DNA of 63,929 nt, counting the filler, from Circinaria calcarea (Eukaryota): NCBI GenBank assembly GCA_051942165.1. It is 7 parts of 7 records of this genome, joined end to end, with 100 filler letters (N's around TTAATTAATTAA, not from the genome) between each part and the next. Parts side by side here need not be neighbours in the genome. Positions count along the whole stretch, not along the records: positions 45,754 to 54,795 come from JAVECS010000999.1; positions 54,896 to 63,929 come from JAVECS010001000.1; 5 more parts are not named here. The stretch is one strand, 5' to 3'. The position numbers and the translations under genes are program-made. Positions within the stretch are counted from its first letter, which is position 1. Every line of letters starts with the position of its first letter. This document shows, in pieces, positions 50,595 to 62,326 of the stretch. A model generated the notes under the pieces. The model saw only the letters and a program-made list of their open reading frames with translations. It ran no database searches and had not been told where the DNA came from.

Positions 50595-50881
50595 CTGTTG
50601 TAAGAGTATGGAGCAAAAGTCACCGGACACCCTGAATTTTTCAAGTTCGCTCACCGCAGGGTCAATTAATAATACCGGTATCTTACAGCCCACCTCGCTA
50701 AATTAGCCGGGGATACACTGCATTTTAGTACTGCACACCCATATAAAACACCAATTTCTCTTTACTAACATAATTGGTAGGGCTGTAAGGTACCGGTATT
50801 ATTAATTTACCCTGCGGTGAGCGAATTTGGGAAAAAAACTCGGGGTGTCCAGTGACTTTTGCTCCATACTCTTACAAACAG
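50595..50881. mobile_element. Foldback/MITE-like element: imperfect inverted repeats of about 100 bp (50595-50691 and 50780-50881) around an ~88-bp spacer
   Basis: Left arm TGTAAGAGTATGGAGCAAAAGTCACCGGACACCC...TTCGCTCACCGCAGGGTCAATTAATAATACCGGTATCTTACAGCCC is the near-exact reverse complement of the right arm. Confidence 0.75.
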
Positions 50882-51090
50882 GATTTGTTGAGATTTTCGG
50901 CAACGGATATAATAGATTATCAAAAAATAACCATAGCTAGGTCTATTTATGAAAATCAATTGATTATGAGTTCTGTGTTGGTCTAATAAAAACCGCCGAT
51001 TATCCATAAACCGCATCGGTTCGCTGGTGAACGCCAAAGCTAAGCATCTATACAAACATCCAAGACATTTAAATGCTACCCCCATGAATG

Positions 51091-52804
51091 CTACCCCATG
51101 GTAGAACTATACTTGCCTATCGCTCGAATCCGCCGGCCATAAAACCAAAAGACGAAGGGGATTGGGATGTTCAGCACGGCGAAAATCGCGAAGACGCTAG
51201 ATGCCCAGCCGTTCCCCAAACCATGGTACAGGGGTGGAACAATGAGGGGGAAGATAACAGCGAAGACGCTTCGAACGAACGTGTTGGCGGCGAGAGCACT
51301 GGCGCCCCATCGCTGAAAGGTATCGATCAGATAGTTCACGGCGCTGGTGAAAATGGTATAGAATCCAAAACCCACCATGCACACTCCGATCACGGTAGCT
51401 ATCCAGGGGATTCGGGGAGAAGAAGTCCAAGCGAGCAGAAAGAGGCCGGCGGCTAGCACGACCGACGCTATCATCATGGGTGGTAATCGAGCCTCGGGGA
51501 TAGCTTTACAGTCGTTGGCTCGGTATGCGACATTATAGGATCTTTGGTTCAAGAGACTAAGCGCCGCGCCCAGCATGATACCTATCAACACCGCGAGAAA
51601 CGGAAGTGATCCGACAAGTTCATTCCAGCCTCGGGTCTCTTTGAAGATGATGGGGAATGAGGCAAGGCTGGCGTAGAATACTCCGTAGATAAAGGACGTG
51701 TAGATCGTGACGAAGAGACAGATTGGTGTTATTAAGATCTGAAAAGGCCGGAGACCAAACTTTATGGCGAGTTCTCGGATGGAAATGTCGTTTTCTTCCC
51801 ATTTGGCATGTAAAGCCCAGTTCCCGGTACTCTTCCGAAGCTTGCGTGCCTTGCTGACGAGTAGTCGCGGTACATATGATTCTTGGATAAATATGAGATC
51901 AAGGAGTAGTACCGAAGCTTGCAGAATAGCCGTAGTCTGGAAGCCAATGTTAATCGAGTTGCATGACAATGATTCCTCCAAAGCAATCAAACATACATAT
52001 TCAGTCCATCTCCAACTCGTACCACTGTAAATAATAGCACCCCCAACAACGGGGGCAAGAGCCTTTTTTCCATATTAGTGCTACTCTCCATTCAAGTCGG
52101 AGATTTAATATCAACATACTGGACTACTGCAAACGGCGAGTGTGTAACCGACAATAGCATTACCTCGTTGCGAGGGATCCCAAATGTCGACGAAGACTCC
52201 TCCTGTGCAAGTAATCGGCGCAGCCCCGAAAAACCCCGTGAAGAAACGAGTAATTAGGACCGTTTGAATATCTTTTGCGGATGCAGTCCCAAACGACATT
52301 ACCATAGAAATCAAGAAAGGAATCAAGACTGGCCATTTCCGTCCATAGACCTCTGACAATGGTGCCCAAAGGAGAGGACCAAAACCCCAGCTAGTAAGTA
52401 AAGAGATTAATAGTGGTCAATTTGGTTTGTGCCAGCGACTTACTGACCCCAAGAGTAACAGACTTGTCCCTATTAAGGCTATTTCAGGAGATACGTAAAA
52501 CTCATCTGCGACCTTGCTGTTGGCAGATGAGTACCTGTGATTGGCAGTTTGTTAGTTGGGAAATATTTGGACCTTACGTTCAACAGGCTTCTTACGCGGC
52601 ACTGGCCCAACCCGATCCCCAACTTGTAAGACTATAGAGCACACTTGTGGCGAGCTTTTTGGAAAGCGGCCAGTTGATGGGATTGTATGGATCTTCAGAG
52701 CCATCGAAGTCGACGATGAGACTTGAAGTTGGATCCTCAACCCGTGCAGCACTCGAAGATGGCAGCTCGGATGAGGCTTTCTCCGGAAGAGCTGATTCGG
52801 TCAT
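51091..52804 (-). CDS. MFS multidrug transporter (DHA1 family), 5 exons
   Basis: VDFDGSEDPYNPINWP, GFGPLLWAPLSEVYGRK, RFFTGFFGAAP, WRWTEY, ESYVPRLL, PEARLPPMM, NYLIDTF..ASALAANTFVRS, YGRRIRA. Confidence 0.92.
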
Positions 52805-52994
52805 AAATGCTTGCTGAAGCAATTCTTTCCTCCGTTGCTTGGGAGAGGAAAGTGAGAGAAAGTGAATTGGGGGGCGTCTCCGGCTTCGCTCGGCCTCGGC
52901 CCTCGGACCGAGACTCAGAAGTACCCGAGAATGTGTGCAGCGACGAAATACAGCGTCATGCCCGAGAGAATTGAGACTACTGTAGTATCGCAGT

Positions 52995-53511
52995 CGGATG
53001 TCTTTCCAACGCGCTCGGCCTGAAAGGTCCAGACAGGTTCGAGAATTCCCACCGAAATGATCACAAGTCGAACAGTACCTTGGCCATGTTTCGCTATATA
53101 CCGACTGATCTTTCTGGTGAATGTGTTGGGCACCAAAAGCATACCGACATCGGCTCCCTGACCCTTCTTTTCAGCGAGCAATGGGGTTTACAAGTCATGC
53201 CACCAGGAACTTCGTCTTGGGAATTTGTGGCACCACGTCCTGGGCATGCAATCATCAACGTTGGGGATTCATTGCGTTTTGCTTCCGGACATTCCTTGCA
53301 ATCCTGTATCCATCAGGTTGTACCAATGGACGTGGCGGAGAATCGGTATTCCATTGCTTATTTCTTGCGACCTGAAAGCGAGAGGGTGTTCAAGGATAGT
53401 GAAGGCAGGTGGATAACGGTAAGTCAATGGCACGACGAGAAGTATGAGATTTTTAAGCAGTCGCATTCAGTGCAGGCGGGTAATTCGATTTTGATCGGTG
53501 GTATGGCATAA
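52995..53511 (+). pseudogene. 5'-truncated 2OG-Fe(II) dioxygenase (C-terminal half only)
   Basis: CLSNALGLKGPDRFENSHR..TLAMFRY..HTDIGSLTLLF..GLQV..AIINVGDSL..IHQVV..RYSIAYFLRP, containing HxD...H and RxS. In-frame TGA at 52972, and there is no room for the N-terminal DIOX_N half before the MFS start. Confidence 0.7.
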
Positions 53512-54076
53512 GGCTGTCGGGCTTTCGGGCTTCGTTGAAAAACTAGGGGTTGCCATGCAAGCAATGCAGAGGAAAGTTTTCTGGGATATCTTAAGCTGTT
53601 GTCTTATCACTCCGCTTGCTTGCGACTCTAGCTACTTACCTTGCTCACCGTCTTCCTCTTCTTATGATACCTACCATGCCCGTCCTGCTTGCCCACTCTG
53701 CCCGCTCAATCCTGCCTACTTTACCTACCCTGCCCTGCATGCCCCACTGCCTGCTCATCCTATCTACCTGCCCCCACTAGCCCCGCCCACCATGTTCTTG
53801 GGGTTCCTTCGTATCGGCTAGAAGAGCGTCATTAGCGTAGTATAGTTCCGTTGTACATATATAATGAAGCAATATAAATATAAGGGCAAGGGCTCGCTTA
53901 GGCAAAAAGTATTGATTAACTGAGAATACTGTTAATCCACTTTCGTTTAATAGGCTCTGATAACTAATCAAGATATCAGAACGCCCCCCAATTTCCTCGG
54001 TCAGTTCCCCAGGGCGACTATGGAAACCGGTTTTGATGAGGAATAGGGATTGTCATAATACATACTCTTATCCTGT

Positions 54077-54730
54077 TTAATGGTTCCCGTCTAAGCTCTT
54101 CCACAATCTATCCCCAGACACTAGGACAGCAAGACCCGGACTTATCCTTCTTGCTCCTTTCCCTGGAAAACGCACCGGTATTAATTCAAGTGATAGACAG
54201 AATTCTCGGCGGAAAGCAGAAAGTCGGGGATTGGAGTGAGAACTCTTCAACTGATTACTTACCCCCCAGATTCCACAACCAACTTGGCACGCGGGCGCCT
54301 TCAACTCCGGCACCTCTTACTTCTGTTCGCAGAAGCGTGACGGTACCATAATCAACTCGGTATTTCGTTGTGGGCACCCATAACTCTTCTCTTCCTGAGA
54401 GCCTCCGCTGTGGAAAATTACAGGCGAGGTTCGGGTTCGTATACGCTAAGGACTTGGTGTGCTCGGGGTATAATTATAGGTGTTCTTCTCCGTCCTCGGG
54501 GTCTTCCATTCCGGCAAACAGACCATTTCCAGTTCTTGGCCGCTGTTGTCCACTCCGAGCTTGGAACCGATAAGCACTAAGCGAAGACAGTCGAGCGAAG
54601 GCAAAAGATGCAGGATCTCTCCGAAGAGCATCATGTTCGATGCCACCCGTCCGGCCGGGCAGATTATATGAATCGTAAGCCTGTTCACATTTGAGAGGGA
54701 GGCAAACGCCGGCGAAAGCACAAGGATCTC
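54077..54730 (-). pseudogene. Degraded MSS51/MYND-type protein C-terminal domain fragment
   Basis: LTIHII..MLFGEILHLLPSLDCLRLVLIGSKL, then frame-broken PNLA.IFHSG, WVPTTKY and WKSL; stops and frameshifts present. Confidence 0.5.
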
Positions 54731-54795
54731 GCTAGAGATTTTGTAGCTTTTTTACTTTAAAAAAGAGACTTTACTTTTACAAGAGTATTCCTTCC

Positions 54796-54895
54796 NNNNN
54801 NNNNNNNNNNNNNNNNNNNNNNNNNNNNNNNNNNNNNNNTTAATTAATTAANNNNNNNNNNNNNNNNNNNNNNNNNNNNNNNNNNNNNNNNNNNN
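54796..54895. other. Artificial contig linker
   Basis: N44-TTAATTAATTAA-N44. Confidence 0.99.
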
Positions 54896-55369
54896 ACCCT
54901 AGATACCTTTTTCCCCTCCTCCCCAATTCCCATCCCCCGGGGGAAGCCCCTCCTACGATTTTTCCAATCCTATGCATAATACACGTAAAAGGGGTCGTCG
55001 AAGTCTTTTTTGTTAGGGGTGGGAAGGGGCCAATACTATTATGGTTATGTTTTGGTCTTTTGGGTAGAGACAGGCATGAGAGATGGTCGGAGAAGAAATG
55101 GGCTGTTCAGTCAAGAAATACCTTTTTCGAGGGATTATTGGATATACCAGCTAAAAGCATACGGTTTGCCATTTTTCGGGAGAGGGTAAATAGACAGTAA
55201 AAAAGCATCGGCATCCAAAGCATCAAGGGGTATCATCCAAGCACGACCAATAGCCAACGCCGCCGCTATGCAAATGCCATAAATGATGCCGTCTATCCAT
55301 AGCCAATGCTGTCCATAGCCAACGCCAATGTCTAAGCTTTTGAAATTCAGAACCAGGTAGAGAAATGAA

Positions 55370-58300
55370 TCACTTTTCCATGTTCGTCTCATGGTTCTGA
55401 AGTATCGCTCCTAGGTCCAGGGTTATATTCGCCATCTCCCCTGACTCTGTCTGAAATCTCCCTAGAATCAAGCGCTGAAGTTGTACCTCCCATGCTTCGA
55501 TCTCTTCCTTTATGGATACAAATCCTCTCGTGATTTCTCCAGATCGGATGTAGTCGTCACAGCTGGCTAGCTTCGTCATGTAGTCATGTAGAACCCGTTG
55601 CGAAAGGTCAACGGTAAACACAAGATCATGTACTGTTTCATTTGCCGGAACCGTCTCCAGGGGCAGTAGAATAGTCTTGCGTCGCTTGAGTTTGTTCCTG
55701 GACACGCCAAGGCCACCATCTTGATCAATGTCTTCGCTCTGTTGTAAACGCAACAAGTAAGCGCGGGGATCACCATCTGCAAAGGTAGGGGCTGGACGGT
55801 CTGCTGCCGTCTTGGCCGGATTGAGAGCTGCTACGGCCTTGTTATACCGATTTTTATGAGGTGATGTCGTAACGGGGGTGGAAGAAACGGCTTGACCGCT
55901 GTTAGGACCATCTTCGACCATAACGGGATTCTGAAGTAAAGTGGCTCTTCTTTTCTGCATGGCAGCCTGCTTGCGAGCTTCATAATCCATCGTAATGGCT
56001 AGATCAGGATGCATCGCGGAAGCTATTACAGTTCTTTGCGAATTCTCAGCAGAAGCATAGTCTTCGTCCTCACTGGTTTCTCGAATGTCTGCAGTGGCTA
56101 CGGCAGCGCTGGGGTCGTTTTGGGGACCTGACTTTCGAGGACCATTTAACTTGCGAGGTGATCCAGTATCAAACCAGACTCGATAGGGGTCATTGACTGG
56201 CGACCAAAACGGCTGATGAACACCTTTTTGCTGTAGGTGGTGCTTGCGCGCTTGCTTGCGTTGCTTTCCTAGTACCTCTGGTATGGCGCTCAAGGGTGTT
56301 CCTGTAGGCAATGACCTAGCAGACACGAAATCGTCTACCGCGGGACGGCTTTTCTGAACCCAGTCATCAAGGGCTTTGTTACCGGGCCTTTTCCTGGTCG
56401 ATTGATCTTGATGATTGATACGAACATCACGATTACCAGGGCCCCATGCCTTTACTGGAAAACTGAATCGATCTGGAGAGTTCTCCTCACCTGAAGACGA
56501 CTCTCTTGGTTGAATGCAACGTTGGATGGGCAAGAAACTCGCATTTCCTTCTACAGAGAACTCAGAATTAAGACGAGCAGTGCCGTCATTCTGTTCTATG
56601 TCTCCTTTTTGGCGTGACGGGGTCAATAATTGTCCATTGAGGCAGGTAGCACCAGTAATTGACTGGTCCAGTGGAGCACGGCGTATCGGTGCGTTGACCT
56701 TTGCAATCGTCCATGGATTTGAGACGTGCACATCACGCAATGCATCTTCTTCTTCATCTTCATTCGTTGCGAGGAGGTGCAAAGACTCTTGGGCCAAGGA
56801 CTCACAGTCTTCGCTATCGGACTCGACGTTGTACTTATTTGGTCGCCAAGCAGGCTCTTCCCTGGGACGTGGTACGTTGGCATGTCCCCTGTCATCGATA
56901 TCCTTAGTGTTATTTATAGAGCCTATTGGTGGATTAGCTGGCCTATCTTGGACTACCTTTGGTACTTTGGCAGTCCCTAGAGAATCTGTATAGGTTTGGT
57001 GAATATGACCATTGGGCTGCAGACACTCCCTTGGTAAATGCTTATCTAGTGGCTCTCCATCAGCATTGGTAGTCACTGCCGTTGTCTCTGCAACAGCTTT
57101 TCCTGACAGTTGGCAGTGTTTTCGACTTAGTAAAAGGTCGAAGCCTTGCTGCTTGGACTTCCGCTCTTTCGGCTCGGTACCCTCGGAGAAACTCGTGCTC
57201 AGCTTGCCATACATTTCTTCAAAGAAACATTCGACCATGCGCAAAAATCCATCAACATCTGTAAATAGTACGTCATCCTTTGCAGGTTCGGCATTCGCAT
57301 CATAACTGCCACGCGGGCAAATGACATTCATACATAGGATGGGATCGATGATTTTGCTGTCTTGTTCCGCGGAATTTGCAGATCGAAGGTAAGACTTGAA
57401 CAAAGTCACGACCTGCTTCAGTACTCCCCGGGTGCAGGAAACGGGCCTTGAATCAATAGAAACGTATTGCCCGGTATGACTGACAGTTTTGATATCTGGT
57501 CCAAACATTAGCAAAACTCTATCAAAGTCCGTAACTTCATGGATGCGAACCACATTGTGGTTTTGGCAGCAATGCTTCTATCTTGTAAGATGCAGGTTCA
57601 AAATCATTCCCTTCAGCATCCTCAGAGGTCACTGTCTTTGGTCCTGTCCAAACCTGCCACTGACATTGCCCAACTGCTTGCAAGTTCAAAACTTTTAGAG
57701 CTGCATCCGTTACAGTCGACCCAGCTTTAGGGGCATATGTCCAGTTTCCTTTATCGTCTCTGGCCTTGAGTACCTTTAGAGAAAACCGAACAGATGGCCG
57801 AGCTAGTGCATATGCTTGCAATGTTCTTTTGATCTTAGCATTCATCTTTGCCGACACTTTCAAGGCTGTCTGCTTCCGAACGGGTAGATTTTTGAGGAAA
57901 TCTTTCACATGTACTGTCGTCCCTATAGGATGAGACACGCGTTCTTGGCTGCTATGGTAAGCATTCTACCCATCCATCCTGTAATAAGTAGGATATATAC
58001 CTAATAATTTGGCTTTGCCTGTCCAGTTTCATACTGATAGCTACCGGTTCTCCCTCAACTCTCGTCGACAGGACCAGGCCATTGCTCATCTCGGCCGCAC
58101 TAGCCAACGCCTCTCCTCTAAATCCAAGCGATACTCCACCGACGTTTGCAACATCCTGGAAGTCCCTGACCTTGCTTGTGCAATAACGGTGGCATACCAG
58201 AGATCGATCATCAGGAGCAATGCCGTGACCGTTGTCTTTCACCTGGATTACATCCAAAGTATTCACCGAAGTCTCCACACTGATTGTCGAAGCTCGAGCA

Positions 58301-58407
58301 TCCAAGGCATTGTCGACAAGTTCTTTCACCAGCGAACAAGAGTCCGTTAAAGCTTGCGTAGAGCCAATTGAGCGAACTGTGTCAGGTGGAAGTGCAGCAA
58401 TGGGCAT
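55370..58407 (-). CDS. MutL-family mismatch repair protein (MLH2/human PMS1-like), 3 exons
   Basis: GHKL motifs LVKELVDNALDA, VKDNGHGI, TSK..LGFRGEALAS, GTTVHV..FLKNLPVR and transducer YVSIDSRPV..YDANAEPAKDDVLF. No DQHA endonuclease motif is visible. Confidence 0.88.
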
Positions 58408-58767
58408 GCCGCTCCACGCTTGTGTCTGATATATAGGGTTTCAAATATGATGATATATTCAGACTATGACCCTGCTACCATTTGAACACGTATGAAGACC
58501 AGCCCTCCCATAATGAATGCGCCAAAAGTAAGATAGAAACAATACTTAGTATCACATCGGAGAATGGGGTAAACAATGGGGGCGGGTCGAAGATTCCAAA
58601 ATCCCGAGATATTCGAGATTGGCGCTAGTAAAGTTTGTATTTTACAGCGCATACGGATTACTCCTATTTCGATGTCTCAAAGATGAAATCCTCCACTTAC
58701 ACTTGGTGAGAACGCACGTATGTAGAGAGCGTGGCCAAGGAGGACTACTGACCATACATGCATTGGG

Positions 58768-60222
58768 ATGCTTTCCCTTTCACAGTCAGCTCCAATTGGC
58801 GTGTCATTTTTGATCTGTATACTAGCATATGGCTCGCAAATTCTTTTTCACTACATGGAACCGTTTTCTCTTGACCTTCAGCAAGCCATTGTGTTCAACA
58901 TCCTGATCGGCTGTATATGGACTTGCTACACACGAGCATGCCTCACAGATCCAGGTATTATACCAACCTCACGAGTTTTATACGAGCCAGATGTCAAGTC
59001 TTCGGTCAAAACAGAAATTGATGGCCACAATCAACGCCGGCGTTGGTGCAGGAAATGCAAAGCTTTCAAACCACCGCGGGCACACCACTGCAAGTCTTGT
59101 CGCCGGTAGGCTTCAAAACGTACAGCATATAGGTAGAAGCTGCTTCTGATTCATACTATCGTAGGGACATACTTAAAATGGACCATCATTGTCCATGGAC
59201 TGGCAATTGCGTGTCCCATCGTACCTTTCCCCATTTCATCCGGTTTCTATTCTATGCAGTGGCATCCATGAGCTATTTACAGTATTTCTTATACCTTCGA
59301 GTTGCGGTGGTGTGGAAGAACCGCAATCTTCCTAGCGTACGTATCATGATTGGCCTATCGAGTCAATGGCTAAGAAAGACTCAACAGTACCTTGGCCCTT
59401 CTGCAGCCAGCTTGGTATTTTTATTTATTCTTGTCCTCACCAACTCCCTTACCCTGTTTACCTTGTTCGTTTTACTGATACGGTCTGTATGGTCACTGTG
59501 TACCAATGTAACTACGATCGAAAGCTGGGAGATCGAAAGACATGAGACTCTGCTACGCCGGGCGAAAGCTCTTGGTGGCTATCTGGACGGTCCTGATGGC
59601 ATCAAAGTTCGAATCGTTAAGCAAGAGTTCCCGTACGATATCGGCATATGGGCGAATATCTCGCAGGGTATGGGTGGAGGGTTCCTGACCTGGCTATGGC
59701 CGTTTGCAAAGTCACCGTCATCTGACAGTGGCCTAGATTTTGAAGTCAATGGCTTTGAGGGTAGGTCTTTGGAGAACACTCGTACCATACCAAAGTTGAC
59801 ATTGTGCAGACCCATCTGTTACCTGGCCACCCTCAGATCCTGATCGCATTCCAAGAGAAACAAGGCTCCCTCCCCAAGATCAGGCATTCATACATCAGGA
59901 GGGATCGGCATCAAGTCAGGAGCAAATTCAAGCCTTCCGCAAGCGACAGGATCAAGATTTGAAACGTTATCAGGGCAACTCCTTAGTCTCCAGGAGACGG
60001 CCTTTTCATGAACGATTTCAAGGCAATTCCCTTGGAAGCGAACCGGAGTACCCTAGCCCTTCGCACCCCGACACCTTCATTGGCGAGGAGGCTTGGAGAA
60101 ATTCTGAAGGGGAGCGATTGGCTGATTTCGGGGTTGATGAGGAGGTCGATTTCTACGATGAGGAAGATCTACCCCTCGCGCACCTGATACAAAGAAGACG
60201 AATAGCGACACCGCATGCGTGA
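58768..60222 (+). CDS. PFA4: DHHC palmitoyltransferase Pfa4, 4 exons
   Basis: DPG, RWCRKCKAFKPPRAHHC, KMDHHCPWTGNCVSHRTFPHFIRFL, NVTTIESWEIERH, QEFPYDIGIWANI, WPPSDPD, WRNSEGERLADFGVDE. Confidence 0.92.
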
Positions 60223-62326
60223 GAAAAGGGTACAAAATGCCAACAACGACTTCCCTCTACATCTCAGGACCCACCGACTCCCCCATCTTAGGTCACCTGG
60301 GCGCATACGAGATCGACAGACAAGCGAATCCGGGAAAAACGGCGTCCTCGTGTCACACGCTGACCGGGTTTTGCTGAGCGCACTGTCCAATCTGATCGGC
60401 TGTATGGCTACAATCTCATCTGCCTTGTCATTTGCCCCGATTGCTGCACGACTATGCACTGCACAACGGAGAATTTCCTCATATGCGCGATCGGGCATTT
60501 CCACTTCAGCAACTCCATTGGGCAATTTGACTTTTGGCCTTCGAGACCCCAACATCCCACGCTGCGATGTGGTAACCTGGCCGCGCTTTGACCGCAGTAT
60601 TTTGGATGTAGCTTACATCACCTGGACCTTAAGTCGCAGCTACTTTGTAACTACTTTCTCATCGAGGGTACTAAAATGCGGCATTTATCACCAGCGCGCA
60701 CTAGGCAGCTCAGCGGGTGTGGCTTATAGGGAGAACGAGATGACTTGGACTAAGGATCCCCGTTTATCGTGCTAGTGGGATTGGGGCTTTCTCGACCTGA
60801 TTGTCGGATCCCGATGCAACGAAGATGGATTGGGGTTACCTGGCTCTTGTGCGAAAGAGGACATGCACACCGCTCGGCGAGTTGCCATCTCCCTGTGCTC
60901 CACGATCTCGAATCGGAAGCGGTAGCGTGGGGGTGGGACTAAGGCAGGTACAGGGGCTTAGCAATGATTTTTGATGATTCGCCGTTGGGATTCGGTGGAG
61001 CGCACTGGTCAATGGTGAATGGATGCGGCCGAGGATTGTCACTGGGGACACGAGGCCGACGGTTACGGTAGGTACCGTCCGGAGCGAGCTGGACCTGCCA
61101 CAAATCAATCCACTGATTGGAGGATCGTGGCAGGTCGAGGTACTCCGTAAAATGCTCTAATGCTCCGTGGGATCACTAAGAAGTCGACTCCTCCCCCTCC
61201 CCATGTTGCTGATCCTGTGCTCGGACCTTCGAAGGCGTCGCCGTTCTTCCTTAGGTCCGCCTTTGGTCCGTACCGTCAGCCTGGAACGTACTCCGAGGCC
61301 AGCGTCACGGGTTTCCAGGGGGGGGGGCGCGCAAGCCCGTTGCTCAAGCAGCTGTCCCACCACCCCAGAGGCTGTCAGTCAGCCAGGTGCTAGCTCGTCT
61401 AGGCCATACAACCCCGCTTGCCATGTGTAATGCCCTGGCTGTGTCACCCCACACTAGTCTAGCGGCGTCGCTTGGGCGTGGGGGGGACGACGCTTCCCTA
61501 GGACACTTTCGGGTTCGGACTTTTCAGACCAGACCCGGATCCTATGGAACCAGTTCGACGGATCTCTGGAATCGGTGTTCCCGGTCACGCCTTCCTTGAG
61601 CCAGTCCTCGGCATCCCCATTGAGCATCTCATCTCGTGAGCTTGTGGGGGCCCCCCGGCGGCGATTGCACACGAGGAACCAGTAGGGATGCATGACGTTG
61701 AAATCCACGCCTGCCTCGACACATTCGGCTGCTTGGCAAGTCAGCCTCGGACTAAGCATACCGTCTCAGAATGGCATCGTCAGCGTGTCCGATGTCCAGG
61801 ACCATTACCAACCGAGGATAAAGTCCGGGTCTATGCTAGCTAAGCTGGGTCCGTGTGATAGTGGCAACGAGTAGTAAGCGGAGTGTTATTTTATGTGGTA
61901 CCTGATTGATAAAAGAATGCATCCCACCAGATTTCCGTGGCTGGAATGCGTGGAGAAGGTGGGCGGCCAGTGGCCAAGCGGACAAAATACATTTAGTTGG
62001 CAGTGCAGCCACATGGCCGACTGCTCTGTTGATTGGAGGTGGCCTTTTTTTATTAATTTCCTTTCACCGTTGAGACTGATACTGAGACTGATACCCTACC
62101 CCTGACCTCACTTGCCCGTGGCTCCAAGTAGCGGTGGCTCGGGCCCCCTTCATCATCTCACCCCATGTACCTTGTCGACTATATCATTCATCTGAGGCTA
62201 TAAACTCGACGCAACCCCCCCCGGATCAGGTAGCAAACAAGACTCTCCTTCGGCATTTCCTCCTCTACCCAATCTCAACCCGAACCCCGACCTTACTGCC
62301 TATCACCAGAGCTTGCATTGCCCCTT

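Noticed and set aside
53600..53800. P/A/C-rich ORF 53498-53821
   Set aside because: Degenerate C-rich low-complexity repeat next to degraded sequence, with no coding signature.
60215..61900. ORFs of 60-186 aa between PFA4 and the aldolase
   Set aside because: No motifs, overlapping on both strands; most likely UTR or promoter sequence.
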